Shown in pieces: positions 32,355-44,446 of a stretch of 64,000 bases of DNA. Under the pieces are notes generated by a model. The model searched no databases and was not told the origin of the DNA. It was given only the letters and a program-made list of their open reading frames with translations. A program made the position numbers and the translations under genes. Position 1 is the stretch's first letter. Each line of letters opens with the position of its first letter. The stretch is from a bacterium (GTDB lineage: Bacteria > SAR324 > NAC60-12), in the NCBI GenBank assembly GCA_965209155.1, contig OZ242383.1, positions 2,560,001 through 2,624,000 of the forward strand, given 5' to 3'.

Positions 32355-32960
32355 ATGAAAATCCCGACTTTCGCATTCGTCTTCATCTTCATCCTGCTTT
32401 TTCCCGTGCCTGGTCTGACGGATGAAGTGGAGGAAGTGGACCTGCTGGCCAAAGAAAAAATTGGGGCCATGATCGAGATCCTGCAAGACAAAAGCCTGGA
32501 TAAAGCGACGCGCAATGCCCGGGTGATCACCTTGCTGGGCCCTCTCTTTGATTTCCCCAGGATGGCCCAGTTGAGCCTGGGTCAAAAGCATTGGAAAGAA
32601 CTCAGCCCGGAAAAACGGGAGGAATTTTCCGATCTTTTTATCAGACGGATCCAAAATTCCTTCCTGGAGAAGTTGGACTTCTATGATGACGAGGAAGTGC
32701 AATTCAAGGGAACCACGCAGGTTAAAAAAAGAATCCACGTGCTGACCCACCTGGTGTCCGGGGCCGAGAACATCGAGGTGCTCTACAAGCTTTACAAATC
32801 GAGGCAGGGATGGAAAATCTACGACGTCGAAATACTGGGCGTGAGCATCATCCAAACCTACCGTTCCCAGCTGCAAAGCGCCCTGAAAAAGGGCAGTATC
32901 GATGACCTGCTGGCAACGTTTCGTGCCGACGAATTGGAATCCTCCGGAGCAGGGCAGTAA
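32355..32960 (+). CDS. mlaC: MlaC/ttg2D family periplasmic lipid-binding protein
   Basis: FDFPRMAQLSLG, WKIYDVEILGVSIIQTYRSQ. Confidence 0.88.
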   Translation: MKIPTFAFVFIFILLFPVPGLTDEVEEVDLLAKEKIGAMIEILQDKSLDKATRNARVITLLGPLFDFPRMAQLSLGQKHWKELSPEKREEFSDLFIRRIQNSFLEKLDFYDDEEVQFKGTTQVKKRIHVLTHLVSGAENIEVLYKLYKSRQGWKIYDVEILGVSIIQTYRSQLQSALKKGSIDDLLATFRADELESSGAGQ

Positions 32961-32982
32961 GACCTTCCAAGCAACGATCCTC

Positions 32983-35514
32983 ATGTTGAGACGTTTATAC
33001 GAAGACTTCATTTTGCCGCACTCTCTCGTCGTCTCCCTTCTCCTGCTGGCAGTCTTTCTTTTTCTGGGATACGAGGCTCGCCAACTCGAAGTGGATGCTT
33101 CTGCGGAAACGTTGCTGCTGGAAGACGATGAGGACCTTCGTTTGACACGCACCATCAACAAACGTTTCGAGAGCCCCGATTTCCTGGTGATTGCCATCAT
33201 GCCGGCGGGGGATCTCCTCTCGGATAAAAACCTGGATCTCCTGCAACGGATCAAGGACGACCTGATCAAGCTGGAAAGGGTGGAATCCGTCATTTCGCTG
33301 CTCGACGTTCCCCTGCTGGAAAGCCCGCCCCGCCCCCTCCAGGAACTGCTCCAGGATGTCCCCACCCTGCAATCGCCAGGGATTGACAAAGCACTGGCAA
33401 AAAAGGAATTTCTCAACAGTCCCATCTACCGGAACCTGCTGGTCAGCACCGATTTCCGAACCACGGCCCTGCAAGTCAACCTGCAAAAGGACGAAGTGTT
33501 CCAGGCCCTGGTCGATCGTCGCTACGAACTGCGCCAAAAAGAAAAAGACGGGACACTCACGGCAGGCGAAAGCGAGGAATTGGCCAGGCTTCTCGTCGAT
33601 TTCAAGCAACACCGGGACCGAATGCGGATCAAACAGAAGCAGTTGGTGCAAGACGTCCGTGCCGTGATGGACGAATACCGGGACGAGGCGAAACTGTTCC
33701 TGGGTGGCATCAGCATGATCGTTGATGATTTGATCACATACGTCAAGAAGGACCTGCAGGTTTTCGGATTGGGGATATTGGTCTTTCTGATTATGACGCT
33801 TTGGGTGATTTTCCGGCAGTTCCGCTGGATTCTGCTTCCAATCCTGTGCTGTGGATTCGCCATGCTGGCCACGAGCGGGTTTTTGGGAATGTTCGGTTGG
33901 GAAGTGACCGTGGTTTCTTCCAATTTCATTTCCCTGCAATTGATCATCACCATGGCCATCACCATCCACCTGATCGTACGCTACCGGGAACTGCTACAAA
34001 AATACCCGGATGCGAACCAACGTCAACTGGTCCTGAAGACGGTTCTTTTCATGAGCAAACCCTGTTTGTACACGGCCTTGACGACCATCGCCGGCTTCGC
34101 ATCCCTGGTCCTCTCCGGTATCCTGCCGGTGATCCATTTCGGATGGATGATGAGCGTCGGTACCGCGATCTCCCTGGTGGTGTGTTTCCTGATTTTTCCC
34201 ATGGTGGTGATCCACCTGCCCAAGCTTCCCCCCAACGTGGCCTTCGAATCCAATTTTGCCCTGACCCGCAAACTGGCCCGTTTCACGGAACGCAACGGGC
34301 GCGCCATCTCAGGGGTCAGCCTGGTTTTAATCCTCTTCAGCCTCAGTGGCGCTGCTCGTCTGGAGGTGGAAAACAGCTTCATCGATTATTTCAAAGAATC
34401 GACGGAAATTTACCAGGGAATGAAGGTGATCGACCAGCATCTCGGAGGGACCACTCCCCTGGACGTGGTCCTGGATTTCGACGAAGCGGGAAGCGCTGTC
34501 TCGCAGCAAAATTCCGAAAGCCCGGATGAAGGAGTTGCCCTTCCCTCGAAGGAGGAGGGGGAAGAAGACGATTTCGACGAGTTCGAAGAGGAATTCGCAG
34601 AAGCCGGGGATGAGGCGCAGTATTGGTTCAGCGCCGACAAAATGGAGCAGGTCGAGAAACTCCACGACTATCTCGACCAGCTCCCGGAAACCGGAAAAGT
34701 CCTTTCTCTCGGCACCTTACTCAAAATCGGCAGAACCCTCAATGAGGGGGAATCCCTCGACGACTTCACGCTGGCGCTCATTTATAATCAATTACCCGAG
34801 CAGTTTCGCGAAATCATCCTCACTCCTTTCGTCTCCGTCGAACACAATCAAGCCCGCTTTTCGGTGCGCATCCGGGATTCGGAACCCGATTTGCGGCGCA
34901 ATGAATTGCTGCAGCGTATTCGGCATGAAGTGATCCACAAAGTCGGATTGCAGGAAGAAAAGGTGCAACTGGCCAACCTGCTGGTGCTCTACAACAACAT
35001 GCTGCAAAGCCTGTTTGATTCACAGATATTGACCCTGGGTGCCGTCGTCGCCGTTTTGATGCTTATGTTTTTGCTGCTCTTCCGCTCCCTGAAAATCGCA
35101 TGCATTGCCATTTTTCCGAATATTCTTTCCGTGGGAGTGGTGTTGGGATTCATGGGGTGGGCCGGCATCCCGCTGGATTTGATGACGATCACCATTGCCG
35201 CCATCAGCGTGGGCATTGCAGTGGACAATACCATTCACTACATTTATCGATTCCGGAGCGAATTTTCCAAAGACACCAACTACCTGGCCACCATGCACCG
35301 TTGTCATGGAAGCATCGGTTATGCCATGTATTACACTTCCTTTACCATCATCGTCGGTTTCTCCATACTGGTCTTTTCGAACTTTATTCCCACCCTCTAT
35401 TTCGGTTTACTGACCGGACTGGCCATGTTCATCGCGCTCATTGCCGCCTTGACCCTGCTGCCACACCTCCTGGTGCGGCTGGAACCTTTTGGTGAAGAAG
35501 CCCCACTTCCTTGA
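32983..35514 (+). CDS. MMPL/RND family transporter
   Basis: Two TM bundles; GIAVDNTIH and TTIAGFASL motifs. Confidence 0.9.
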   Translation: MLRRLYEDFILPHSLVVSLLLLAVFLFLGYEARQLEVDASAETLLLEDDEDLRLTRTINKRFESPDFLVIAIMPAGDLLSDKNLDLLQRIKDDLIKLERVESVISLLDVPLLESPPRPLQELLQDVPTLQSPGIDKALAKKEFLNSPIYRNLLVSTDFRTTALQVNLQKDEVFQALVDRRYELRQKEKDGTLTAGESEELARLLVDFKQHRDRMRIKQKQLVQDVRAVMDEYRDEAKLFLGGISMIVDDLITYVKKDLQVFGLGILVFLIMTLWVIFRQFRWILLPILCCGFAMLATSGFLGMFGWEVTVVSSNFISLQLIITMAITIHLIVRYRELLQKYPDANQRQLVLKTVLFMSKPCLYTALTTIAGFASLVLSGILPVIHFGWMMSVGTAISLVVCFLIFPMVVIHLPKLPPNVAFESNFALTRKLARFTERNGRAISGVSLVLILFSLSGAARLEVENSFIDYFKESTEIYQGMKVIDQHLGGTTPLDVVLDFDEAGSAVSQQNSESPDEGVALPSKEEGEEDDFDEFEEEFAEAGDEAQYWFSADKMEQVEKLHDYLDQLPETGKVLSLGTLLKIGRTLNEGESLDDFTLALIYNQLPEQFREIILTPFVSVEHNQARFSVRIRDSEPDLRRNELLQRIRHEVIHKVGLQEEKVQLANLLVLYNNMLQSLFDSQILTLGAVVAVLMLMFLLLFRSLKIACIAIFPNILSVGVVLGFMGWAGIPLDLMTITIAAISVGIAVDNTIHYIYRFRSEFSKDTNYLATMHRCHGSIGYAMYYTSFTIIVGFSILVFSNFIPTLYFGLLTGLAMFIALIAALTLLPHLLVRLEPFGEEAPLP

Positions 35515-35573
35515 GAGGGGCAGGCGGAGAGGACACTTTCACGTTCAAAGACATCCTTTTTCGAAGACCTCCT

Positions 35574-36686
35574 TCAGAATTTGACGGGTCTGGCATGCGC
35601 CAATGATTCCCGAACCATGCGCAATTGCTCCGATCCGTTTTGCGCTTCCTCCCGCGTTTCAAAAAAACCCAGGCGGATGCGGTAGCGGACTTTATTGTCC
35701 ATCATTTGATAAGCCAGGTAAGAAAAAAGCGAGATTTCCATCAACTCCGGCAAGTCTTCGATGGCTTTTTCCTGCGAATCGTACAAAGGCAGTTCAACGA
35801 ACCAGGGTTTGTTCCGCTGCGCTTGCAGATCAACCAATTGTCGATCCCGTTCCGGCTGAGTGGGTAAAACCGCCCAATAATTTTTTGGTAAATCGATTTC
35901 GTCACGGTATCGAAAATAGATTTCCTCTCCAATACTTTGCGCCGCTTCCGTGGTTTTGAAGAAGCCGACCCGGATACGGAACCAGTATTTGTTGTCAAAT
36001 TTTTGCCGGGTGCGGTGCATGTAAGCATAGTAACCGTCATGGACCAGGTCATGCAGTAACTGCAGCGCTTTGCCGAAATCTCGACGCTCTACCGAAAGAA
36101 CCTGAACGGCATATTTTTCTCTTTCCATACGAGTTAAAATATTTTCCTGGTCACCCACTTCATGCCTCGATCGGATTTTCAGTTCCGTGTCGGATTGCGC
36201 AATCTGCCACATGCGGGTATCTCGAGGTAAAATGGTAGAATTCAATTTGTACTCGTTTTGAATGAGAATCGTGTGCCATCCTCCGGACTCATTTTTTTCA
36301 CTTGTGGAGGAAAGCACGTGCCAGGGATTTTCTCCGGTTTCCATCAAGGCTCCTCGAGTGAGGGGCGTGAAAATGCTTCCCTCTTCGATCCCGGCAGATT
36401 GAACGGGCATTTCCTTTTCGGTTCCCGTCCCCGGAACCGCCCTGAGCCCTGCGGGCCAGGTCCCTCCTTCAATGGGTGGAGATGCGATGGGCTCGATCGT
36501 TACGACTTCTTCGTCTGCGCTGAGTGGAATGCCACTCGTTGGTCGCTCCCCCGGAGCTTGCGAGCGTTCCTGTTCCAGGACCATGGAAATCGTATTGCTT
36601 TCTTGCAGGGAGATTTGATAAAGTGCTGCAAGCATTGCTGCTAAAAGTACAATCGGAATCGTCCAGAAAATCGACCTGGCTGTCAT
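35574..36686 (-). CDS. SPOR domain protein
   Basis: N-terminal TM; two RIR(V/L)GFF SPOR-type motifs. Confidence 0.75.
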   Translation of the reverse strand: MTARSIFWTIPIVLLAAMLAALYQISLQESNTISMVLEQERSQAPGERPTSGIPLSADEEVVTIEPIASPPIEGGTWPAGLRAVPGTGTEKEMPVQSAGIEEGSIFTPLTRGALMETGENPWHVLSSTSEKNESGGWHTILIQNEYKLNSTILPRDTRMWQIAQSDTELKIRSRHEVGDQENILTRMEREKYAVQVLSVERRDFGKALQLLHDLVHDGYYAYMHRTRQKFDNKYWFRIRVGFFKTTEAAQSIGEEIYFRYRDEIDLPKNYWAVLPTQPERDRQLVDLQAQRNKPWFVELPLYDSQEKAIEDLPELMEISLFSYLAYQMMDNKVRYRIRLGFFETREEAQNGSEQLRMVRESLAHARPVKF

Positions 36687-36703
36687 AAGGACCCTGTATT
36701 ATG

Positions 36704-36910
36704 AAGGCACAAAGGAAGAGAGGCACAAAGGCACAAAGGCACTGAAGGAAGGCACAGAGGCACAAAGGCACAAAGGCACAAAGGAAGAGAGGCACAAAGG
36801 CACAAAGGCGTGAAGAAAGGCACAATGGAGACTTGTGAAGGAACTGAAAACTGATAACCGATAACTGGTATAAAGGCATACTGGATTCCTGGTCTGTGCC
36901 AGGAATGACA
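36704..36910 (+). repeat. intergenic 8-mer/7-mer/palindrome array
   Basis: Read directly. Confidence 0.9.
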
Positions 36911-36971
36911 CTTTTTTAACTTCTGATTCATGTAATTATATTTCAAGCATTTGAGGAGAATAGTCAATTCG

Positions 36972-38213
36972 ATGGAAATCATCAACAATGCTATGTGGTT
37001 AGGAGGAATTTCTGTTGAGGAGTTGATGCAGGAATACGGTTCTCCTTTATATGTCTACGACGAGCAGACCATTCGTGCGCAGTTTCGCAAACTGAAGCAG
37101 AGTTTTCCAGGAATTTCATTACAAATTCACTATGCGATGAAAGCCAATCCCAACCCGGCCTTGTTGAGCATTCTCCGGGAAGAAGGCGCGTGGGTGGATA
37201 CGCTTTCCCCGTGGGAAGCCCAATTGGCCCTGGATGCCGGATTTCCTCCGGAACACCTGTTGTTCACGGGCAACAACGTGCCTCTCGAAGAAATCGATTA
37301 TTGCCGGGAACGGCAGATTCCGGTCAACATCGAATCCCTGTCCCTGCTCGAGCAATTTGGTGAATCGTATCCGGGAGACGCACTGTCTTTGCGCATCAAT
37401 CCTGGAGTGGGAAGCGGGCACCATGCCCACTGCATCACCGGCGGACCCCTCTCCAAATTCGGCATTTACCACGATCAACTCGACCGGGCCAAGGGATTGC
37501 TGCAGCAATACGATCTCTCCCTGACGGGCATTCATGCCCATATCGGTACGGGGATCCTCGACCCGGAACCGATGCTGGAAGCGATGAGTCTGATTTTATC
37601 CATTGCCCGGGATTTTCCCGGATTACAATTCATCGATATCGGCGGAGGATTTGGAATTCCCTATCATCCCCACCAGGCTCCCCTGGACCTCACGCTACTC
37701 GGTACCAAAATAAGCAGCCTTTTCCGGCAGTTTTGTGAAGAATATGGCAATTCACTGGATTTGAAGATCGAACCGGGGCGATTTTTAATCGGTTCCGCAG
37801 GGACGCTTTTGGCAACGGTCAACAATATCAAGAATACGCCACGCTACCAATTCGTGGGAGTCGATACGGGTTTCAACCATCTTTTGCGTCCTGCCCTTTA
37901 TGGCGCGTACCATCGTCTTTGCAATGCTTCCTGTATGGAAGGGGATCGCTCTCCTGTGGTACTGGCCGGCAATATATGTGAAACCGGCGACGTCTTGACG
38001 CATACGACCGAAGGAATCAGCGAACAATGGCTCCCTGCTTTGCATCTCGGGAACCGGGTGGCCATCCTGGATACAGGCGCATACGGGATGGCCATGAGTT
38101 CCCAATACAACATGCGGCCTCGTCCTGCGGAAGTGTTGGTGAATGAGGGAAGGTCGGCATTGATCCGCAAACGCGAGACCTATGAGGATTTGACCAGGAG
38201 CTTTATCACCTGA
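36972..38213 (+). CDS. lysA: diaminopimelate decarboxylase
   Basis: YAMKAN PLP lysine, SKFG, HIGT, EPGRF, GNICETGD, GAYG..MSSQYN. Confidence 0.93.
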   Translation: MEIINNAMWLGGISVEELMQEYGSPLYVYDEQTIRAQFRKLKQSFPGISLQIHYAMKANPNPALLSILREEGAWVDTLSPWEAQLALDAGFPPEHLLFTGNNVPLEEIDYCRERQIPVNIESLSLLEQFGESYPGDALSLRINPGVGSGHHAHCITGGPLSKFGIYHDQLDRAKGLLQQYDLSLTGIHAHIGTGILDPEPMLEAMSLILSIARDFPGLQFIDIGGGFGIPYHPHQAPLDLTLLGTKISSLFRQFCEEYGNSLDLKIEPGRFLIGSAGTLLATVNNIKNTPRYQFVGVDTGFNHLLRPALYGAYHRLCNASCMEGDRSPVVLAGNICETGDVLTHTTEGISEQWLPALHLGNRVAILDTGAYGMAMSSQYNMRPRPAEVLVNEGRSALIRKRETYEDLTRSFIT

Positions 38214-38243
38214 TTCGAGACCCGGGCGCCTGGAAAAACGGGT

Positions 38244-39569
38244 TCACAGAACGGCCAACAGGACGCCCGCCGCGATTGCGGAGCCGATCACCCCGGCAAC
38301 GTTGGGGCCCATGGCGTGCATCAGCAGAAAATTTTGAGAATTGGATTCGAGACCCACTTTGTTGGCAACTCGCGCTGCCATGGGAAGCGCAGATACCCCG
38401 GCAGCGCCAATCAAGGGATTGATGGGCGTTTTCAGAACCCGGTTCATCACTTTGGCCATCAAGACTCCTGCGGCCGTACCCACGCAAAAAGCGAGCATCC
38501 CCAACACCAGGATGCCCAGTGTTTCCAGGTTGAGAAATTGTTGGGAGGACAACTTGCTACCCACCCCCAACCCGAGGAAAATGGTGACGGTGTTGATCAG
38601 GGCATTTTGTACGGTTTGCGAGAGACGCTCGACCACCCCGCATTCTTTGAGCAGGTTGCCAAACATCAGCATCCCGATCAAGGGGGCTGCTGATGGAAGT
38701 AAGAGGATACAAAGCGCGAGGACGACGAGGGGGAAGAGGATTTTTTCCCGACGAGACACGTATCGCAATTGGGACATCTCAATGCTTCGTTCTTCTTCAG
38801 TGGTGAGCCATTTCATGATGGGTGGCTGAATGAGGGGGACCAGGGCCATATAGGAATAAGCTGCCACGGCGATCGAGCCCAACAGGCGGGGAGAAAGCTG
38901 ACTGGCCAGGAAGATGGCCGTGGGTCCGTCCGCCCCTCCAATGATTCCAACGGCAGCCGCGTCAGGCAGAGAAAAACTGATTCCGGGAATAGCGTTCAAG
39001 GCGAGGGCCCCCAGTAAGGTGCTGAAAATGCCAAACTGCGCGGCTCCTCCGAGGAATGCCGTTTTGGGATTGGCGATCATGGGTCCGAAGTCCGTCAATG
39101 CGCCGACGCCCATGAAAATCAGTAAGGGCAAGACTCCCGTGTCGATTCCCAGGTCGGCAACGTATTTGAGCAACCCGCCTTCTTCCACCAGACCTGCCAG
39201 TGGAATATTGGCAAGAATGGCTCCAAAACCGATGGGAATCAATAAGAGCGGTTCGAATTTCCTGGCAATTCCTAAAAAAAGGAGCAACCCCCCGACGGCA
39301 ATCATCAACGCGCGTCCTGGTCCTTCATTCCAGTGAAATGGGTGGGTCGAGAAGAATGAGGCAATACCCGTCGTCTTATAAAGTTTTCCCGCAAGCTCCC
39401 GGAATGGTGGCAAGCTGTTGGATTCCATGTTTTGCCGGGCCTCGTCCTGTCGAGGAGTATCGCTCGCAAGCGGTTCCTCAGCTTGCGCCGCCGCCAATGG
39501 CAGGAAGAGAATGAAAAGCAGCAGCATCGATACATTTTTCATCGTGGCCACCGGGTCGGACTTAAGCAA
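38244..39569 (-). CDS. oadB: sodium-translocating decarboxylase beta subunit
   Basis: [29 protein letters not shown]. Confidence 0.95.
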   Translation of the reverse strand: MLKSDPVATMKNVSMLLLFILFLPLAAAQAEEPLASDTPRQDEARQNMESNSLPPFRELAGKLYKTTGIASFFSTHPFHWNEGPGRALMIAVGGLLLFLGIARKFEPLLLIPIGFGAILANIPLAGLVEEGGLLKYVADLGIDTGVLPLLIFMGVGALTDFGPMIANPKTAFLGGAAQFGIFSTLLGALALNAIPGISFSLPDAAAVGIIGGADGPTAIFLASQLSPRLLGSIAVAAYSYMALVPLIQPPIMKWLTTEEERSIEMSQLRYVSRREKILFPLVVLALCILLLPSAAPLIGMLMFGNLLKECGVVERLSQTVQNALINTVTIFLGLGVGSKLSSQQFLNLETLGILVLGMLAFCVGTAAGVLMAKVMNRVLKTPINPLIGAAGVSALPMAARVANKVGLESNSQNFLLMHAMGPNVAGVIGSAIAAGVLLAVL

Positions 39570-41346
39570 TTGTCATTAAAGACGCTCCGGCCGGAAGAGA
39601 ATCTCCGCTTTTCACGTGAATGGCCAGCACTTTTCCAGACCTGCCGGCTTTGATCTCGCTTTCCATCTTCATGGCTTCCATCACCAGGAGGGGTTGTTCG
39701 GTAACAACGTTTTCTCCGGGATGGACCAGGATTTTGAGAATATTGCCCGGAGTGGGGGCAGTGATGATTTCTCCGGAGGCCGGAGGAGCGTACCCGGGGG
39801 ACGGCGGTGCGGGAGTGGCATGCAAGGATCCATCATCCGCCGAGACGGAAACCTGGTAGGAGCGACCGTCCACGGAAATCTTATAATGGCGGGGCCCGGG
39901 TCTTGGTGGCAAGGGATCGCGTTTCAGTTCAACCTCGGACCGGGATGAGGACTGCGCGCTTTTCTTGCGGATGTTCAATTTCGCTTTGCCAAGAAGGAAA
40001 TCCAGGCCTTTGCTTTCACAACTGGCGATAATAAACAGGTTTTCATCCGTGACCGGAAGCCGATTTTCCTGCAGAATTGCTTTGGCTTTGGGGATCCCCG
40101 GTTCCAAGACGTCCAAAGGATCTTCGCTGAAGACGGGTTTGTCCAACTGTTCGGAAGCGAGTGCCACGATTTGAGGGTCTGGTTCGACGGGAGTGGCTCC
40201 AAAATATCCCAAAACCATGTTGCCATAGCCTTCCGTGATTTTCTTCCATCTTCCCAAGGTCGTATTGGCGTAGGCCTGTTGGAAATAAAACTGGGAAACG
40301 GGAGTCACGGAAGTGGCGAATCCTCCCCGTCGCACCACTTCCGACATCTCTTTGATCACCTGCGGATAGAGATGCAGGGTTCCCGTATCTCGCATCATCA
40401 TCGTGTTGGCAGTCAATGCGCCTCCCGGCATGGGAGAGAGCGGAATCATGGGGGACACCATTTTCGCTTCCGGTGGCACATAATAATCTTTCATGGCGTC
40501 CTCAAAGACTTCTTCTGCCTGCAAAATCTTTTCAATATCCACATCCAAATCAAAATCAGTCCCTTTGAGGGCATGCCACATGGAAAGGATATCGGGTTGA
40601 CAGGTGCCTCCACTGACCGGGCTCTTGCACAGGTCGATGCCATCCGCCCCCCCTTCGAGGGCTGCCAGGTTTTGAGAGATTCCCACACCGGCCGTATCGT
40701 GCGTATGAAACCAGAGAACCGTTCCTCCAGGAACCATTTTACGTGCGCCTTTCACCGTCTCGTAAACCTTGTGGGGATTGGCCGTCCCACTAGCATCTTT
40801 GAAGCAAATCGACTGAAAAGGAATATCCGACACCAGGATTTGGCGGAGACGTTCCAGGTAAAATTCGGTGGTGTGCGCCCCTTCGCAGCCAGGGGGCAAG
40901 TCCATCACGGCAATGACGATCTGGTGGTGCAGTCCATAGTGGTCGATTCGCTCTCCGGAATAGCGAAGGTTGTTGACGTCGTTCAAAGCGTCGAAATTAC
41001 GGATCGTGGTGATTCCATGTTTTTTGAACATCCTGGCATGCAGGTCGATGACGTCCCGTGGTTGTTGACTGAGCGCCACCACGTTGATTCCGCGGGCCAG
41101 CGTTTGTAAATCCGCTTCGCTTCCGGCCACCTCGCGAAATCGATCCATCATGTCGAAGGCGGATTCATTGCAATAAAAAAACAAACTCTGGAATCGTGCG
41201 CCTCCCCCTGCTTCAAAATGTTGAATTCCCGCATCGACGCTGGCCTGTAATGCCGGCAGGAAATCATCGGTCAACACTCTCGCTCCGAAACAGGATTGAA
41301 AGCCATCCCGAAAAGACGTATCCATGAATTTAACGATCTTTTTCAT
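39562..41346 (-). CDS. oadA: oxaloacetate decarboxylase alpha / pyruvate carboxylase B-type subunit with biotinyl domain
   Basis: RDGFQS, FHTHDT, PGG, VTPVSQ, EAMKME. Confidence 0.88.
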   Translation of the reverse strand: MKKIVKFMDTSFRDGFQSCFGARVLTDDFLPALQASVDAGIQHFEAGGGARFQSLFFYCNESAFDMMDRFREVAGSEADLQTLARGINVVALSQQPRDVIDLHARMFKKHGITTIRNFDALNDVNNLRYSGERIDHYGLHHQIVIAVMDLPPGCEGAHTTEFYLERLRQILVSDIPFQSICFKDASGTANPHKVYETVKGARKMVPGGTVLWFHTHDTAGVGISQNLAALEGGADGIDLCKSPVSGGTCQPDILSMWHALKGTDFDLDVDIEKILQAEEVFEDAMKDYYVPPEAKMVSPMIPLSPMPGGALTANTMMMRDTGTLHLYPQVIKEMSEVVRRGGFATSVTPVSQFYFQQAYANTTLGRWKKITEGYGNMVLGYFGATPVEPDPQIVALASEQLDKPVFSEDPLDVLEPGIPKAKAILQENRLPVTDENLFIIASCESKGLDFLLGKAKLNIRKKSAQSSSRSEVELKRDPLPPRPGPRHYKISVDGRSYQVSVSADDGSLHATPAPPSPGYAPPASGEIITAPTPGNILKILVHPGENVVTEQPLLVMEAMKMESEIKAGRSGKVLAIHVKSGDSLPAGASLMTIA

Positions 41347-41349
41347 TTT

Positions 41350-41592
41350 TCAGCTCCCTCCTGATTCGAAGGCGTTGATTGCTGCTGCAAAAACCGCGAT
41401 GGGTACCTCCTCTCGAGGAGAGGCGATCGTTTCCAATTTTTTTTGATTTTCCCTTTTCATGAATTCCGCTTCGCGTTTGGTTTGATGACGGCACATCCAG
41501 GCGACTTTCCCCAAGCACCAGACCATCACCGTCAAAAACAAAAAAACGGCGCCCATTCCCATAATCATCAATTTGAAACCTTCCAGTAACAT
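41350..41592 (-). CDS. oadG: decarboxylase gamma subunit
   Basis: GMGAVFLFL TM and IAVFAAAI motif, upstream of oadA. Confidence 0.8.
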   Translation of the reverse strand: MLLEGFKLMIMGMGAVFLFLTVMVWCLGKVAWMCRHQTKREAEFMKRENQKKLETIASPREEVPIAVFAAAINAFESGGS

Positions 41593-41697
41593 GGATTCCC
41601 GGATTGTTGCGTTTGAATATTGCCTTCCCTTTGGCGAAGATTCTAACACATTTCAGAATAATAGATAGTCTGAATCCATTCTTTAGGCCAATGCTTG

Positions 41698-42198
41698 AAG
41701 AAAGGCACAAAGGCACAAAGGGGGAAGGCACAAAGGCACAAAGGCACAAAGGCACGAAGAAAGGCACAAAGGCACAGAGGCACAAAGGCACAAAGGAAGA
41801 GAGGTGCTTCCTGAAAGAACTGATAACTGATAACCGATAACTGATAACTGATAACTGATAACTGATAACTGATAACCGATAACTGATAACTGGCACAGAG
41901 GCGCAAAGGAAGAGAGGCACAGAGGCACAAAGGCACAAAGGCACAAAGGAAGAGGGGCACAAAGTTGACTCGACAAGGAACTGATAACCGATAACCGATA
42001 ACTGATAACTGGCACAGAGGCGCAAAGGAAGAGAGGCACAAAGTTGAGTCGTCAAGGAACTGATAACTGATAGCCGATAACTGATAACTGACAACCGATA
42101 ACTGATAACTGATAACCGATAACTGATCACTGGCGCCAAGGCGCCATGGCACAAAGGCACAAAGGCATACGGGATTCCTGGGGATGCCGGGAATGACA
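41698..42198 (+). repeat. intergenic 8-mer/7-mer array with the longest CTGATAA runs
   Basis: About 10 tandem C(T/C)GATAA units at 41820-41890 and again at 42060-42125. Confidence 0.92.
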
Positions 42199-42302
42199 CG
42201 TTTTTTGACTCCTGATTGACTTGAGGAATTGTGACTTTCCTTTTGAATTTATCCCCGCTAGAATGGGTTATTTATTTTTTCATCATCAATAGAGGAGGAT
42301 CT

Positions 42303-42962
42303 ATGTCACTGCGAATTAATGACGAAGCGCCGAATTTCACGGCTGAAACGACCGAAGGGACCATCGATTTTCACCAGTGGATTGGAGATCAGTGGGCGAT
42401 TCTTTTTTCCCACCCTAAAGATTTTACCCCCGTCTGCACCACCGAATTGGGTTATATGGCAGGGCTTGCTTCAGAATTTGCCAAGCGAAATTGCAAAGTC
42501 ATCGGTCTGAGTGTGGACCCGGTCCCGGATCACCGGGGATGGGCTAAAGATATCGAAGAAACCCAGGGACATGCGATCAATTATCCCTTGATCGGCGACA
42601 CGGAGCTCGCGGTTGCCAAACTCTACAATATGCTCCCTGCCGATGAACCCGGTGGTTCGGAAGGGAGAACGGCCGTTACCAATGCTACCGTCCGTTCCGT
42701 ATTCATCATTGGTCCTGATAAAAAAATTAAATTGATGCTCACCTATCCCATGACCACGGGGCGAAATTTCGATGAAATCCTCAGGGTGCTGGACTCGATG
42801 CAACTCACCGCCAAACACAAGGTGGCCACTCCGGTGAATTGGCAAGATGGCGACGAGGTCATTATCGTTCCTGCCGTCAGCAACGATGAAGCCCAAGGTA
42901 TGTTTCCGGAGGGTTGGAAAACCGTAAAACCTTACCTGCGCCTGGTGAAACAACCCCAATGA
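42303..42962 (+). CDS. 1-Cys peroxiredoxin (Prx6 type)
   Basis: FSHPKDFTPVCTTE, GRNFDEILR; GGAGG RBS. Confidence 0.95.
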   Translation: MSLRINDEAPNFTAETTEGTIDFHQWIGDQWAILFSHPKDFTPVCTTELGYMAGLASEFAKRNCKVIGLSVDPVPDHRGWAKDIEETQGHAINYPLIGDTELAVAKLYNMLPADEPGGSEGRTAVTNATVRSVFIIGPDKKIKLMLTYPMTTGRNFDEILRVLDSMQLTAKHKVATPVNWQDGDEVIIVPAVSNDEAQGMFPEGWKTVKPYLRLVKQPQ

Positions 42963-42977
42963 TGGCTGTTTCTCCCT

Positions 42978-43397
42978 GCAAAGAGAGGCACAAAGGCACA
43001 AAGGCACAGAGGCACAAAGGCACAGAGGCACAAAGGGGGGAAGAGAGGCATACTGGATTCCTGGTCTGGGCCAGGAATGTCACTTTCTTGGTTTCCCTGG
43101 ATTCCTGGTCTGGGCCAGGAATGACACTAAGGGAAGGCACAAAGGCACAGAGGGAAGGCACAAAGGAAGAGAGGCACAAAGGCACAAAGGGGGGAAGAGA
43201 GGCACAAAGGCACAAAGGGGGGAAGAGAGGCATACTGGATTCCTGGTCTGGGCCAGGAATGTCACTTTCCGGCCAGGCACGAAGGCACAAAAGAGATTCG
43301 TGAAGGAACTGATAACCGATAACCGATAACTGGTGCCAAGGCACAGAGGCACAAAAGGGGGAAGGCACAGAGGCACAAAGGCACAAAGGGGGAAGGC
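42978..43397 (+). repeat. intergenic 8-mer/palindrome array
   Basis: Read directly; between convergent genes. Confidence 0.9.
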
Positions 43398-43426
43398 GAT
43401 GCTTCGGTTGCGATCTTTTTAATTTT

Positions 43427-44446
43427 TCAGGTCAATCGAGGACTTCGAGGAATCCGGCCTTCGAGGGGATAGGCGGGATCGTTGTACCCGGGCGTGGAGG
43501 GATGTCCGGGTGTGACCAGTTGATCCACCAGCGCTTCGTCTTCGGCAGTGAAAGTATATTCGAGCGCTCCCAAGTATTCTTCCCACTGCGTTTCGGTTCG
43601 GGGACCGGTGATGGTACCGGTCACCAACTGGTTGTTCAATACCCATGCGACGGCAAATTGACCCGCGGTGATCCCTCGAGTTTCGGCATGAGATTTGAGT
43701 TTTTGCGCAATCACCAGGGATTCTTTCCGCCATTCCGTTTGCAATATTCGTCGGTCCCGGCGTCCCGCCCTGGTTCCGTCAGGGGCTTCCGCTTCGACTC
43801 CGTATTTGCCGGTCAAGACCCCACGCGCCAGTGGGCTGTAAGGGAAAACTCCCAATCCGTAATAATGGCAAGCTGGTAAATGTTCCACTTCCGGCATACG
43901 GTTCATGGCGTTGTAGTAAGGTTGACTGACCACGGGCCTGTCGATTCCCATCGAGTCACAAAGATTGGCCATTTCCGCGACTCTCCAGGAGCGGAAATTG
44001 CTGAGACCAAAATGGAGAATTTTCCCCTGTCGGATTAAATCACCCATTGCATGCGCAGTCTCTTCGAGGGGGGTGGTGTGGTCTTCCCGGTGCAAATAAT
44101 AGATATCGATATAGTGGGTGCCCAAGCACCGGAGGCTGTTTTCGGCAGCTTCCATGATCCATTTGCGTTTCAGTCCCCTTTGATTCGGACCATCTCCCAT
44201 GGGATTGGCCACTTTGGTGGCCAAAACCCACCATGAACGATCTTCCCGGACGAGCATTCCGGTGATTTCTTCAGAGCGTCCATGATTGTATACATCCGCC
44301 GTATCAATGAAATTGATACCGGCGTTTCGTGCTTTGTCAACGATGCGTTTGGAAGTGGTTTGATCCGTCTCTCCTCCAAACATCATCACGCCCAGGCACA
44401 GGGGTGATACTTGCAAACCCGACTTTCCCAACCTGCGATATTCCAT
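43427..44446 (-). CDS. aldo/keto reductase
   Basis: LGKSGLQVS, IDTADVY, LATK, YSPLARGVLTGKY. Confidence 0.93.
   Translation of the reverse strand: MEYRRLGKSGLQVSPLCLGVMMFGGETDQTTSKRIVDKARNAGINFIDTADVYNHGRSEEITGMLVREDRSWWVLATKVANPMGDGPNQRGLKRKWIMEAAENSLRCLGTHYIDIYYLHREDHTTPLEETAHAMGDLIRQGKILHFGLSNFRSWRVAEMANLCDSMGIDRPVVSQPYYNAMNRMPEVEHLPACHYYGLGVFPYSPLARGVLTGKYGVEAEAPDGTRAGRRDRRILQTEWRKESLVIAQKLKSHAETRGITAGQFAVAWVLNNQLVTGTITGPRTETQWEEYLGALEYTFTAEDEALVDQLVTPGHPSTPGYNDPAYPLEGRIPRSPRLT

Noticed and set aside
41330..42199. ORFs rich in CLCAFVP / SYQLSVI / RHKGTK (here and at all similar blocks)
   Set aside because: They are translations of the 8-mer and 7-mer repeats and open in several frames on both strands.
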